Positions 19,364 to 29,945 of a stretch of DNA of 64,000 nt are shown here, piece by piece. Made by a program: the position numbers and the translations under genes. Below the pieces are notes generated by a model, which saw only the letters and a program-made list of their open reading frames with translations, did not search any database and was not told the DNA's origin. This DNA comes from Mucilaginibacter sp. (GTDB lineage: Bacteria; Bacteroidota; Bacteroidia; Sphingobacteriales; Sphingobacteriaceae): the NCBI RefSeq assembly GCF_028288205.1, contig NZ_JAQBOD010000055.1:36434-100433 (forward strand), written 5' to 3'. The number at the start of each line of letters is the position of its first letter. The stretch's first letter is position 1.

Positions 19364-19533
19364 TTAATCACTCTAAAACAATCACCTCTTAACTTTAGAA
19401 GTATCTTTGATAATTGATATGTATATAATATTAATTATTGACTTGGTAAATACTTTAGTCAAAGGTATTAATAAGTTATTTGCAAAAATTAAATAGTGTA
19501 ATTTTTTACTGCTGGGTGACAGTAACTTATTAG

Positions 19534-20151
19534 CTAATACATCAAGCCTTTTATAAAAATATCAAGCAATAACAAGCGTTTGGTATGTATCTCTTCCAGG
19601 TGCTCTTTTTGCGGAAACATTGCCTTTTTGTGTGATACCGCGCTTACCCTTACGCCATGCAATGCGTCTAATAACAGGTCTACTATCTCACCCGGGTTAT
19701 CAACCGGTTTAATATTGCCCTTATCGGCTTCAATTTGAATAGCGGCGCTTAAAAGCACCATTTCTGTTTGATGTATCTCGGTTATAATCTCCCAAATGGT
19801 ATCCGGCAGGTTTTGCTCGTTCACCCTGAAAAAATCAAAAAAATTGTAATTCTTTACAACAAAGTCATGTTGGGTATCTATTTGAAATATGAAAGCTTCT
19901 CTCAGGTTGTCAAACTTATTAAGTTTATTTTGCAGTTTCTGTATGTATTCGGCCGCCAGTTTACGCATTACCGCAATATACAATTGACTCTTATCCGGAA
20001 AATAATAATAAAGCAATGCTTTTGAAAGTGACAGGTCGCCGGCTATTTCATTCATAGTGGTTTTTGAATACCCATAATGCAAAAACCGTTGATAGGCTGC
20101 CTCTAAAATCTTCTCTCTTTTTATATCCTGCTGGTCGCTTCCTGAGCTCAT
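19534..20151 (-). CDS. TetR/AcrR-family transcriptional regulator
   Basis: 205 aa. N-terminal HTH region ILEAAYQRFLHYGYSKTTMNEIAGDLSLSKALLYYYF. Confidence 0.85.
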   Translation of the reverse strand: MSSGSDQQDIKREKILEAAYQRFLHYGYSKTTMNEIAGDLSLSKALLYYYFPDKSQLYIAVMRKLAAEYIQKLQNKLNKFDNLREAFIFQIDTQHDFVVKNYNFFDFFRVNEQNLPDTIWEIITEIHQTEMVLLSAAIQIEADKGNIKPVDNPGEIVDLLLDALHGVRVSAVSHKKAMFPQKEHLEEIHTKRLLLLDIFIKGLMY

Positions 20152-20371
20152 TTGTAGACTTATTACTGCAAAACTGACTATTTAAACAAAATTATCAAAA
20201 ATTCTACATTATTAACTCAAATATGCATGCTATAAGTGTTTAAACTCACAAAATTGATATAGAAATTACAATCAGGTTACAGTGTCTCTATATTATATAA
20301 CAAAATATACTTCATGTCATTTCTCAATTGCTTCTCCTATAAATGACAATCATATTTGACTTTTTAGCAAA

Positions 20372-20863
20372 TTAAGCTAATCTGGCTAAGCCAACTCCTG
20401 CACCAATAACTAACGCGTCTTCTATGGCACCAATAATTGGATCTGTTATACCTGAACTTATTACCATTGCCCTGCGCAAAAAGAAGCTTCCGAATGTTGA
20501 TGCAAAAGCTGCGGTACCACCCAATATCGCTCCTACTATTGCATTACCTCCACTCGCCTTAAGTATTCCCGCCCCTGCTAATGCTCCCGACAGGCAACGT
20601 ACGGTTATAACAGCAGGCTTTATTCTGTTAGGGGTTGACGGAAGTTTATCACCAACAAACTCGGCTAATGTCATTATTTTTAAGCCATTTGCAACAGCGT
20701 TCGCCTGCATAAAACTCAATGGCGACTTTTCTAATATTTTTGAGTGATGATGGCTCAAAATATGGCTTGTAACAGCCGGAGCTGATGCAGACCGCATACC
20801 TGCCAATATGCCAATACTTAACGCTTGCCATAAAGGCTTTTCTATTTTAAATTCCATGTTCAC
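20372..20863 (-). CDS. DUF4126-like membrane protein
   Basis: 163 aa, Gly/Ala-rich hydrophobic segments, GLRS/MRSASAP pattern. The start is GTG 20863 or ATG 20857. Confidence 0.55.
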   Translation of the reverse strand: MNMEFKIEKPLWQALSIGILAGMRSASAPAVTSHILSHHHSKILEKSPLSFMQANAVANGLKIMTLAEFVGDKLPSTPNRIKPAVITVRCLSGALAGAGILKASGGNAIVGAILGGTAAFASTFGSFFLRRAMVISSGITDPIIGAIEDALVIGAGVGLARLA

Positions 20864-20868
20864 TTTGT

Positions 20869-21000
20869 TTAATTTCCTTTTACCAGTTTTTCTTTTTCTT
20901 TAAAGGTCATCCATAAATCGGGTATCTCTGGTTTAAGCGGAAAACCGTAGGTTGGGTTACCTTCTACTCTTATGTCGTTATTAAGTTGTAAGTTATTCAT
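20869..21000 (-). CDS. Possible 43-aa ORF (MNNLQLNNDIRVEGNPTYGFPLKPEIPDLWMTFKEKEKLVKGN) immediately upstream of the DUF4126 gene
   Basis: Hand translation. The stop lies 5 nt before the next start. No family recognised. Confidence 0.2.
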   Translation of the reverse strand: MNNLQLNNDIRVEGNPTYGFPLKPEIPDLWMTFKEKEKLVKGN

Positions 21001-21130
21001 ACAAATACTTTTAGGTAGATTAATATAATAGCCTGTTTAACATAAATACAATAATCATTCCTAAAAATGTGGCATCATTTTGAATACTAAATTTGTAATA
21101 GCAATTTAAATACATTTAATACTATCACTT

Positions 21131-21676
21131 ATGAAAATTCATCAAAATAATGCTTTAGGCGAGTTAGGTAGTGCAGTAGGCAAAGGATTACTTGCAGGCT
21201 TAGCAGCGACAGCAGCTATTACTCTATCGCAAATGATAGAAATGAAGCTCACCAAAAGAGAACCCAGTGATGCCCCTGTTAAGGTGGTGTCTGAAACCAT
21301 AGGCGCTAAACCGGTTGTAAAAGAAGACAAAGAAAAACTATCGCAAGAAATTCATTGGGCCTACGGTACAGTCTGGGGCGTATCGCGTGGCTTAATTGGC
21401 CTTACGGGTCTAAAAGGATTACCTGCCGCGCTGGTACACTTTACGGCTATTTGGGGTACTTCAATGGTTATGTTACCACAATTTAATGCTGCCAAGCCTA
21501 TAGATGAACAAGAACCTAAAGCTATAGCTATTGACGGTTTTCATCATGCAGTTTATGCTTTAACAGCTACCCTTGTTTATGACGCGCTTGATGCCGGCAG
21601 TAAAAATGAAAGACGATTAAACAAGCTTATAAAACAATTACATCTGAAAGGATTATTAAAAAAATTCAGCGCTTAA
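21131..21676 (+). CDS. Hypothetical membrane protein
   Basis: 181 aa with several hydrophobic segments. No family recognised with confidence. Confidence 0.5.
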   Translation: MKIHQNNALGELGSAVGKGLLAGLAATAAITLSQMIEMKLTKREPSDAPVKVVSETIGAKPVVKEDKEKLSQEIHWAYGTVWGVSRGLIGLTGLKGLPAALVHFTAIWGTSMVMLPQFNAAKPIDEQEPKAIAIDGFHHAVYALTATLVYDALDAGSKNERRLNKLIKQLHLKGLLKKFSA

Positions 21677-21690
21677 TTGAATCACAAAAC

Positions 21691-21798
21691 CCATTATTTC
21701 GAACGATAATGAGAACTATCTCTTAAACGATAGCGAAAAATCTTATAACACGCTATAATCGCGCGTATAAGATTTTCCCCGTTCATCGTCAGAAATGG
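21691..21798. repeat. REP-like nested palindrome, family A (second copy)
   Basis: Outer arms CCATTATTTCGAACGATAATGAG / CGTTCATCGTCAGAAATGG. Inner arms GAAAAATCTTATAACACGC / GCGCGTATAAGATTTTCC. Same outer and inner motifs as 5138-5219. Confidence 0.75.
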
Positions 21799-21818
21799 CA
21801 AAAATAGCCTGGTAAATG

Positions 21819-24800
21819 TTAATAAACTGCTTCTACCTGTCTAACTTCTGGTTTAACTTTTTTCCTGAAACGCTCTTTAAGCCTGTAACGGATCAAATAC
21901 ATACAAGGCACCAAAATTAAAGTAATGATTGTTGCAAAGCCTAAACCAAATATCATTGTCCAGGCTAATGGCCCCCAGAAAGCTACGTTATCACCGCCAA
22001 AATGTATGTGCGGCGCAAAGTGAGTGAATAATCCCACAAAGTCAATATTAAAGCCTACTGCCAATGGTATAAGCCCTAATATGGCTGATGTAGCTGTTAA
22101 TAATACCGGTGTCATACGGGTGTGACCAGCCTCAACAACTGCATCATGAACGCTGGCTCCCTGATCCATAAGCATATCTGTAAATTCAACCAGTAAGATA
22201 CCGTTACGTACCACTACACCTGCCAGGGCAATTATACCTACTCCGGTCATTACAATTGATATGGTCATTTTAAATATGCTCACACCTAAAAGCACACCTA
22301 TAATACTGAACAATATTTCACTTAATATGATAAGCGTTTTACCAGTAGAGTTAAACTGTATCATCAGAATAATCAGGATCAATCCAAATGAGGTAGCCAA
22401 CGCGCCTAACAAAAAGTTCATAGCTTCTGCCTGATCTTCTTGTCCGCCACCCATTTTTATGGAAATACTGGTCGGTTTCTTAAAGTTATTTATTGCTTTT
22501 AAAATGTTAGCGTTAACCTCATTTATATTATTCGGCTTAATAACGTTCGAACCTAATGTTAATACGCGCCTTTGTTGTTTGTGCTTAATGTTGCTATAAG
22601 TTGTGGTATATCTAACATCTGTAAATGCAGATATTGGAACCTGACGTATAGCGCCGCCTGTAGCAAGATCGCGGTAAGTAATCTTTAAGTTCTTTAAAGC
22701 GTCCAGATTGCTGCGCTGGCTCTCCAGTGCGCGTACTTTTATCTGGTAGTCGTCCTCGCGTGTATTCCTGAAATCGCCTGCTTTAGCTCCGAATACCGCG
22801 GTACCCAATGCCTGTGTTATCTGACCGGTACTTATACCTTCACGGTTGGCACGTTCGCGGTCAACGTCAAATACAATTTCAGGTTTATCGGTCTGCACAT
22901 CAGCTATTAAACCTTCAATACCGGCAATGTTTTGTTTAGCCAGGTAACTTTTCAAATTATTGGCTGTCTTTACCAATGTATCTATGTTGTCCCCGGCAAT
23001 TTCAATACTGATGTCTTTTTGTACCGGTGGACCGCCGTTTTCCTGGGCCACGGCTATTTTTGCACCCGGTATTATTCCCTCAACAGCTTTACGCACATTT
23101 GCCAATACTGTCTTGGTATCTTTGCCATTACGTTTGCCAAATTCTACAAATGCAACCGTTATCTTACTCTTGTTTTCGTAATCGCCCTGGTCTTCATCAC
23201 TTGGGTCGGCCACGCTGGCTGTAACGTTTGATATGATAGACGAAACAATATCCTTATCGGGCTCAACCACTTCTGCAACTCGTTTCTCTAACTTTTTGGT
23301 AACTTCATTAGTATAAGCCTGATCTGTACCAATAGGCATAGTTATATAAACGAATGCAAAGTTAGGATCGCCTGCCGGAAAAAACTCAACCTTTGGTGAC
23401 CGGGCTACAAGGAAAAATATAGTGAATATAAACAGCATAACGGTGCCGCCTAATACCCATACCGGCCTTTTAACAGCACGTTCAAGCCATCTGGCATACC
23501 AATCCTTAAATCGTGGCCATAAATTGTTTTGAAAGCTGTCTATTGCCCGTAATAAAACAAAATGGTTTAATAGATACAGCGCTATAACCAGCACCATAAA
23601 GTTACCAAAGCCAAAGTTTATTAAATATCCAACTACAGTAGCTATAACCAGGTACAACAGTGAACGCTGTACTTTTTTGTCAAATTTTGGATTGTCGTGT
23701 TCGCCCTCAACATGCGGTTTCATAAAATCAACAGCAAATACCGGGTTAAACAAGTATGCTACAACCAATGACGCTAATAGTGTTATAATAAGCGTAATAG
23801 GTAAGAAAAACATAAAGTGCCCTATCAGGCTGTTCCAGAAAGCCAACGGAATAAATGGTGCAAGCGTGGTCATGGTACCTGAAAATACAGGTAAAAATAC
23901 CTCGCCGGCAGCTATCTTAGCTGCTTGTTTTATAGGTATGGCTCCGTTATTGAATATCCGGTGCGTGTTTTCTATTACCACAATCGCGTCATCAACCACA
24001 ATACCCAAAGCGAGCAGGAATGAGAACAACACAATCATATTTAATGTAAAGCCAATGGCCGGCATTACTAAAAATGCAATAAAACATGACAGCGGTACAG
24101 ATAGCGCCACAAATATGGCGTTGGTGCTGCCCATAAAAAACATCAGGATGATGGTAACCAATATAAAACCAATAATAATGGTATTGATAAGATCATTTAA
24201 CGTTGTACGTGTTTTGTCTGACTGGTCACCGGTCACGGTTATCTTTAGGCCCTTAGGGAAAACTGTTTTTAGTTTCTGCGAAATAAGACTATTTATTTTA
24301 TCAGAAGCCTCAATAAGATTTTCGCCGGTACGCTTACTCACGTTAAGCGTAATTACATTTTTAAAATCTTTGCTATCATTTGCTTTTAAACGCGCATAGC
24401 TTTCCTGCTCTAAAAATGAATCTTTTATATCGGCAATATCACGCAGGTATATGGGTTGCCCTTTAGGGTTCCTAACTACCATTTCGGCTACTTCGGCAGC
24501 GCTCTTATAATCTTTTTTAATATCGATACTACGACGTATACCATCAGTAGTTACGTTACCGGCAGATGCTATAATGTTTTCATTGCCAATCGCTTGTGTA
24601 ATATCACTAAAACTTAACTGTACTGCCGCCATTTTATTCATGTCGACATTTATTTGAATCTCAGGCGTTAATGCTCCAACCTCTTCAACCCGCGATATTT
24701 CTTTATAACTTTCAATATCATCTTTTAAGTTATCGGCATATTCTTTTAACTTTTTCAAGTCGTAATCGCCAGAAATATTTACATATAGAATAGGAATATC

Positions 24801-25232
24801 AGCTACGTTAATATCAGATATAATAGATTCTTTTAAGTTAGCATCATTTTGCGGAAGGTCCTGCTTGGCTTTATCAACGGCTTCCTTTACATCGATCTTA
24901 GCATCTCTAATTTTAACATCGGCATTAAACTCGGCCGTTATTACAGAGATATTTTGTTTTGAGTTTGAGGTTACCTTTTTTAAACCTTTAAGTGATTTTA
25001 ATTGCTTTTCTAATTGCCTGGTCACTAACAACTCAATATTTTGTGGCGATTGGCCAATATATGGCGTACTCACAAAAACTTTTGATTGTGCTATATCGGG
25101 GAAGTTTTCCTTAGGCAAATTATTGTAGCTGATAAGACCCAGTACTGTAATTAAAAATATAAGTACGTATATGGCAGTCTTATTATCAATGGCCCAGCTT
25201 GATGGCCCAAATTCTTTGTTAAGATCTTTCAT
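21819..25232 (-). CDS. RND efflux transporter, inner-membrane permease subunit (AcrB-like)
   Basis: 1137 aa. 12-TM/two-large-loop architecture and typical motifs (AIDNKTAIY..., VDDAIVVIEN). Confidence 0.95.
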   Translation of the reverse strand: MKDLNKEFGPSSWAIDNKTAIYVLIFLITVLGLISYNNLPKENFPDIAQSKVFVSTPYIGQSPQNIELLVTRQLEKQLKSLKGLKKVTSNSKQNISVITAEFNADVKIRDAKIDVKEAVDKAKQDLPQNDANLKESIISDINVADIPILYVNISGDYDLKKLKEYADNLKDDIESYKEISRVEEVGALTPEIQINVDMNKMAAVQLSFSDITQAIGNENIIASAGNVTTDGIRRSIDIKKDYKSAAEVAEMVVRNPKGQPIYLRDIADIKDSFLEQESYARLKANDSKDFKNVITLNVSKRTGENLIEASDKINSLISQKLKTVFPKGLKITVTGDQSDKTRTTLNDLINTIIIGFILVTIILMFFMGSTNAIFVALSVPLSCFIAFLVMPAIGFTLNMIVLFSFLLALGIVVDDAIVVIENTHRIFNNGAIPIKQAAKIAAGEVFLPVFSGTMTTLAPFIPLAFWNSLIGHFMFFLPITLIITLLASLVVAYLFNPVFAVDFMKPHVEGEHDNPKFDKKVQRSLLYLVIATVVGYLINFGFGNFMVLVIALYLLNHFVLLRAIDSFQNNLWPRFKDWYARWLERAVKRPVWVLGGTVMLFIFTIFFLVARSPKVEFFPAGDPNFAFVYITMPIGTDQAYTNEVTKKLEKRVAEVVEPDKDIVSSIISNVTASVADPSDEDQGDYENKSKITVAFVEFGKRNGKDTKTVLANVRKAVEGIIPGAKIAVAQENGGPPVQKDISIEIAGDNIDTLVKTANNLKSYLAKQNIAGIEGLIADVQTDKPEIVFDVDRERANREGISTGQITQALGTAVFGAKAGDFRNTREDDYQIKVRALESQRSNLDALKNLKITYRDLATGGAIRQVPISAFTDVRYTTTYSNIKHKQQRRVLTLGSNVIKPNNINEVNANILKAINNFKKPTSISIKMGGGQEDQAEAMNFLLGALATSFGLILIILMIQFNSTGKTLIILSEILFSIIGVLLGVSIFKMTISIVMTGVGIIALAGVVVRNGILLVEFTDMLMDQGASVHDAVVEAGHTRMTPVLLTATSAILGLIPLAVGFNIDFVGLFTHFAPHIHFGGDNVAFWGPLAWTMIFGLGFATIITLILVPCMYLIRYRLKERFRKKVKPEVRQVEAVY

Positions 25233-25257
25233 TATAGATCAAATTATTTATGTGTGA

Positions 25258-26361
25258 TTAATTACCAGACTGTAATACTGTTACTTTGTCGCCGTCATTC
25301 AAATCGCTGGCGCCGGCAGTTATTAATTGGTCTCCATTAGCTAAGCCGGATATTATTTCGGCCTGGCTTCCATAACTTGCGCCAACTTTAACATTTTTGC
25401 GCTTAGCTATACCGTTATCGTTAATATAAACGTAATCGCCTTGCTCTGATTTTTGAACCGAGTTTAGCGGAATAACAATAGCTTTACTGTTATTATAATC
25501 AGCAATTTTAATAATCGCTGTCATGTTAGGGCGCAGGGTTTTGCGGGCAGGTAAAGCTATTTCTATAGCAAAACTACGTGATGTTGGGTCGATAGCTTTA
25601 GCAGCAAAAGTTAACTTAGCTGTTAATGAATCATTACCATCAGGCACAACAATTTTTACATTATCGCCCTGGTTTACACGGCTTGCGTATGATTCAGGAA
25701 CATCAGCTTTAACTTTCAAATTATCAGCATTAACAATACGAATGCCTGTAACACCCGGCTGCGCAACCTGGCCAAGTTTAAGGTCCATTTGGTCAATAGT
25801 GCCACTTATTGGTGAAGTGATGCGATAAAGATCTGCCTGTTGACGTAAAGCATCAACTTGCTTTTGGGCGCTTTGCATTTGTGTTTGTGCCTGTAAAAAC
25901 TGTACTTCGGTACCAATTTTTTGATCCCAAAGATTTTTCTGGCGCTGAAATAATGTCTTAGTTAAAGTTGCCTGTGTTTCTGCCTGTATAATATTTTCTT
26001 TAAGCACACTATTATCCAATTGCACTAAAACTTGCCCGCGACCTACATGCTGGCCGGGTGCTACAAAAATATTGGTAATAACACCCGGCGATTGCGGGTA
26101 TGCCATTACGTTGTCTTTAGCATCAATTTTACCCTGTATATCAACATAGTGGGTAAATTTGGTTTCTACAATTTTTAATATGCCTATATCAGCACTTTTT
26201 GATGAATCCTGAGGAGAATTACCAACTTGTAATGCAGCTATTTTTGAATTGATCTCTGCCTGTTGCTTTTTAAGATCAGCTAATTGTGTTGCTTTATCTA
26301 CTGGCTTTTGCGAACATGCTGCCAATAAAAGCAAGGCTGGTATGTATATTAATTTTTTCAT
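25258..26361 (-). CDS. RND efflux periplasmic adaptor (membrane fusion protein)
   Basis: 367 aa. Lipoprotein signal LLLAACS, coiled-coil hairpin and beta-barrel regions. Lies adjacent to the RND pump. Confidence 0.9.
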   Translation of the reverse strand: MKKLIYIPALLLLAACSQKPVDKATQLADLKKQQAEINSKIAALQVGNSPQDSSKSADIGILKIVETKFTHYVDIQGKIDAKDNVMAYPQSPGVITNIFVAPGQHVGRGQVLVQLDNSVLKENIIQAETQATLTKTLFQRQKNLWDQKIGTEVQFLQAQTQMQSAQKQVDALRQQADLYRITSPISGTIDQMDLKLGQVAQPGVTGIRIVNADNLKVKADVPESYASRVNQGDNVKIVVPDGNDSLTAKLTFAAKAIDPTSRSFAIEIALPARKTLRPNMTAIIKIADYNNSKAIVIPLNSVQKSEQGDYVYINDNGIAKRKNVKVGASYGSQAEIISGLANGDQLITAGASDLNDGDKVTVLQSGN

Positions 26362-26388
26362 TTTTATAGAGTAATAAGTGATTTAGTT

Positions 26389-27747
26389 TTAGTTGATGCG
26401 TGCATATGCTTTGTCCAGGTCCACTTTGCTTATTAAAGCATTGTATAGTGCCTGTATGTATTGATTATCTGAATTTTCTAATTCGGTTTGTGCCTGTGTA
26501 ACTTCAATGCTTGAGCCTACCCCTTGCGCGTATTTAATTTTTGATACCCGCAATACTTCCTGCGCCAACTCACGGCTGCGTTTTTGGTTATTTAGCGATT
26601 GCAGACTGTTAAAGAAAGTAATCCGCGCAGCACTGGCTTGTAATTTAAAGCCATTACTTGCATTGTACAAATCATTCTGGGCTTTTTGTACATTTATTTG
26701 CGATTGTTTTAATTGATTACTGCGCTGCCACCCGCTAAATATTGGAATATTTATATCTAAACCTATAAAGCTGTTAGGATACATATTGTTATATAAATAC
26801 CTGAATTGGTTTTCCTGGAAAACTTCGCCAAAGCCGGCATTTAAACTTACAGTAGGTAAAAATGTAGCCTTTTTACTTTTAACATCTAATTGATTTAATG
26901 TAACGTTAGTTTCCAACAATTTGTATTCGATACGGTTATGATAAAAAGTAGTATCAAGCGTAGTTGAAACTACCTGGTCAAATTTAATATCTGCCAGCTT
27001 ATCGGTTAATGTTATCTCCTCTTCTATCTGCATACCCATCTGGAATTTTAACATCTGGTAGTTTAATATTAAAGCGCGTGCCACATTTTCTCTGTTAGTA
27101 ACAAGGTTATTGTATTGAACAGATAAACGGTCAACATCTATCTTCTCAACAAAGCCCTGTTTGTTTTGTTGGGTAGTTTGATCCAATTGCTGTTTTAACT
27201 GTGCTATATTCGCATCCAGCAATTTTATTTGCTCATCGCTAACCAATACCTGGTAGTAGGCTTTCGTTACATTAACATTTGTTTCAATTTTTGACCGTAC
27301 CAGGCTGCGTTGAGAAAGCTCCCTGAATGTTTTTACTGCCTGTAAACCAACTATAAAGGTACCGCTAAATAACAACTGGCTGGCTTGTAAAGAATAGGTG
27401 TTATTATACTTTACTGCACCAAATGGGAATTTTATCAAGGGTGCATTCAAATCAATTGGCGTAGCAAAAATGTTAGGCCCTACTGTTGCCGGTGGTTTCA
27501 AAAAATCCTGAAAAGAAATACTTCCGCTTATCTGTGGTAAACCAGAGCCTATAGTTTCCTTAACCTTATATTCTGCGCTCTTTACATCAAGATTGGCGTT
27601 TTTTACCGAATCCTGGTGCTCATAAGCATATTTTATACAATCGGCCAGGCTAAAATTACGCGGCGTGTTTGGTAGCGGTACCTGTTGTGCATAGCTGCTT
27701 AACGCTATGGTACAAATTAAGGTCGCTGTTAAAAAAATACATTTCAT
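26389..27747 (-). CDS. TolC-family outer-membrane efflux protein
   Basis: Two-repeat TolC pattern. Signal peptide runs from MKCIFLTATL. The track start 27780 is also possible. Confidence 0.88.
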   Translation of the reverse strand: MKCIFLTATLICTIALSSYAQQVPLPNTPRNFSLADCIKYAYEHQDSVKNANLDVKSAEYKVKETIGSGLPQISGSISFQDFLKPPATVGPNIFATPIDLNAPLIKFPFGAVKYNNTYSLQASQLLFSGTFIVGLQAVKTFRELSQRSLVRSKIETNVNVTKAYYQVLVSDEQIKLLDANIAQLKQQLDQTTQQNKQGFVEKIDVDRLSVQYNNLVTNRENVARALILNYQMLKFQMGMQIEEEITLTDKLADIKFDQVVSTTLDTTFYHNRIEYKLLETNVTLNQLDVKSKKATFLPTVSLNAGFGEVFQENQFRYLYNNMYPNSFIGLDINIPIFSGWQRSNQLKQSQINVQKAQNDLYNASNGFKLQASAARITFFNSLQSLNNQKRSRELAQEVLRVSKIKYAQGVGSSIEVTQAQTELENSDNQYIQALYNALISKVDLDKAYARIN

Positions 27748-27840
27748 TGGTAAATTATTATTGTGTGTTTGGTTGTTCATTAATTTATTTTCATTTCAAA
27801 ATAACAAGTCAGGTATGACAGCCCTATGTCAACAGAAAAA

Positions 27841-28452
27841 CTATTCATCATTAATATTTTTAAATTGATTTAATAGTTTATATCCTTTTAGTGTGCAAAT
27901 ACCAAAATTAAAATGCTCTAATAACTGATACTGCACTTTCCATATACTAAACTCGTTATGTGGAAATACAGATGTATTAAAGCCCATTTCTACCTGGCTT
28001 ACACGCATACGCGCAATAATTTTAACATCAATGTCGGGCCTTATGTATCCCTGTTTAATACCTTTTGTTAAAAGTTCTTCTAAAGTGCGTACCAAAACAT
28101 CAGCCTTAAAATGCTGGAACTGTTTCCAGGCATCAGGGTGATATTTTTGCAGATCATGTATAACAATGGGGTTGATCCTTGAAAATATTTCTTCGGAGCA
28201 CTTCATCATATTGATCATTTCCTCAATCACATTGCTTGATTTGCCAATGATATCGCACATCTGGTCTTCATCGTCCCGCAGCTTTTTCTTTACTAAAGCT
28301 ATCACTAACTCATTCTTATCCTTAAAGAAATGGTAGATGGTTTTTTTTGACATGCCTAAGTGCCTGGCTATATCATCCATTGTAACGCTTTTAATCCCTG
28401 CTGTTAAAAACAGTTCTTCGCCGCCTTGTATTATTCTATCTGTTTGAATCAT
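27841..28452 (-). CDS. TetR/AcrR-family regulator heading the efflux operon
   Basis: 203 aa. HTH region GIKSVTMDDIARHLGMSKKTIYHFF. Confidence 0.85.
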   Translation of the reverse strand: MIQTDRIIQGGEELFLTAGIKSVTMDDIARHLGMSKKTIYHFFKDKNELVIALVKKKLRDDEDQMCDIIGKSSNVIEEMINMMKCSEEIFSRINPIVIHDLQKYHPDAWKQFQHFKADVLVRTLEELLTKGIKQGYIRPDIDVKIIARMRVSQVEMGFNTSVFPHNEFSIWKVQYQLLEHFNFGICTLKGYKLLNQFKNINDE

Positions 28453-28468
28453 TGACTTAATTAGTCAA
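28452..28468. promoter_or_regulatory. Palindrome TTGACT-TAATT-AGTCAA abutting the TetR start codon; candidate operator
   Basis: Perfect 6-bp arms read directly. Further palindromes at 28475-28520 (GGAAACATTTTT...AAAAATGTTTTCC) and 28523-28539 (ATCTGT-TAACC-ACAGAT). Confidence 0.3.
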
Positions 28469-28601
28469 AACTATGGAAACATTTTTAGATTTCAAAGTTT
28501 CCATTTAAAAAATGTTTTCCACATCTGTTAACCACAGATCAATGGGTATTTGCACATTTAAATAATGTTGAATTTATTACCTTTGCACAAAATCACCAAC
28601 C

Positions 28602-29945
28602 ATGACACTTACACCACTTTCTGCAATATCACCTATTGATGGCCGCTACCGAAAAACCACTGCCGAACTGGGCGAATATTTTTCTGAGTATGCATTGATA
28701 AAATACCGGGTGTTTGTAGAAATTGAATATTTCATCGCCTTGTACCAGCACCCGTTACCGCAACTACAAGGTTTTGATAAAAATTTGTTAGAAAAGTTAC
28801 GGGACATTTACAGAAATTTTACCGAAGCTGATGCGCAAAGCATAAAAGACATAGAGAAAATAACCAATCATGATGTTAAAGCAGTTGAATATTTTATCAA
28901 ACAAAAGTTTGATTTGCTTAACCTCCAAGCCTATAAAGAGTTTATACACTTTGGGTTAACATCTCAGGATATAAACAATACAGCAGTGCCTTATACCTTT
29001 AAACTGGCATTGAACGAGGTTTACTATCCGGCAATTGATGAGTTGGTTAACTTATTAAAAAAATACGCTGCCGATTGGGACAAAATACCCATGCTTGCTC
29101 ATACACACGGCCAGGCGGCATCTCCTACCCGCTTAGGGAAAGAGATACAGGTATTTATTGAACGGTTAGAAAATCAGCTGAATTTATTAAAACAGATACC
29201 ATCGTCGGCCAAATTTGGTGGGGCTACGGGCAATTTTAACGCGCATAATATAGCTTATCCGCAAATAGACTGGAAAGTGTTTGGTAATAGCTTTGTGAAT
29301 GATACACTTGGGCTTAACCGCTCGCAGTTTACAACACAAATTGAGCATTACGATAATTTTGCCGCACAATGCGATGCTTTGAAAAGAATAAACAATATCC
29401 TGATAGATCTTGACCGCGATATGTGGGCCTATATATCTATGAACTACTTTAAGCAGCAAATTAAAGCAGGCGAAGTAGGTTCATCAGCCATGCCGCATAA
29501 GGTTAACCCGATAGATTTTGAAAACTCTGAAGGTAATTTAGGTATAGCTAACGCTTTATTTGAGCATTTGGCGGCTAAGCTACCGATTTCAAGATTGCAG
29601 CGTGATTTAACAGACTCGACCGTATTACGCAACATCGGGGTACCTGTGGCACATACATTGATCGCCATAAAATCAACAGTAAAAGGCTTAGGAAAATTAT
29701 TGCTGAATGAAGCTGTGATCAGTTCGCACTTAGAAGCTAACTGGGCGGTGGTTGCCGAAGCCATACAAACCATTTTAAGGCGCGAGGGTTATTCTAACCC
29801 ATACGAGGCTTTAAAAGAACTTACGCGTACCAATACACAGGTTAACGCGCAAACTATTGCCGAGTTTGTAGATACTTTACAGGTTGATGATAGCGTTAAA
29901 GAAGAAATTAAGAAGATAACGCCGAGTAATTATACGGGGATATAA
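28602..29945 (+). CDS. purB: Adenylosuccinate lyase
   Basis: 447 aa. SPIDGRY N-terminus and the fumarate-lyase signature SSAMPHKVNP. Confidence 0.95.
   Translation: MTLTPLSAISPIDGRYRKTTAELGEYFSEYALIKYRVFVEIEYFIALYQHPLPQLQGFDKNLLEKLRDIYRNFTEADAQSIKDIEKITNHDVKAVEYFIKQKFDLLNLQAYKEFIHFGLTSQDINNTAVPYTFKLALNEVYYPAIDELVNLLKKYAADWDKIPMLAHTHGQAASPTRLGKEIQVFIERLENQLNLLKQIPSSAKFGGATGNFNAHNIAYPQIDWKVFGNSFVNDTLGLNRSQFTTQIEHYDNFAAQCDALKRINNILIDLDRDMWAYISMNYFKQQIKAGEVGSSAMPHKVNPIDFENSEGNLGIANALFEHLAAKLPISRLQRDLTDSTVLRNIGVPVAHTLIAIKSTVKGLGKLLLNEAVISSHLEANWAVVAEAIQTILRREGYSNPYEALKELTRTNTQVNAQTIAEFVDTLQVDDSVKEEIKKITPSNYTGI

Noticed and set aside
19438-19462. TTGACT-N13-AGTCAA, the same half-sites as the putative TetR operator at 28452
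   Set aside because: It lies downstream of the 3' end of the other TetR gene rather than in a promoter. Only the 6-bp arms pair, so it is probably coincidental in AT-rich DNA.
23677-24399. 240-aa ORF on the plus strand inside the RND pump gene
   Set aside because: It is a shadow ORF antisense to a very well supported 1137-aa CDS. Its composition is low-complexity and membrane-like, mirroring the opposite strand, and no family is recognisable.
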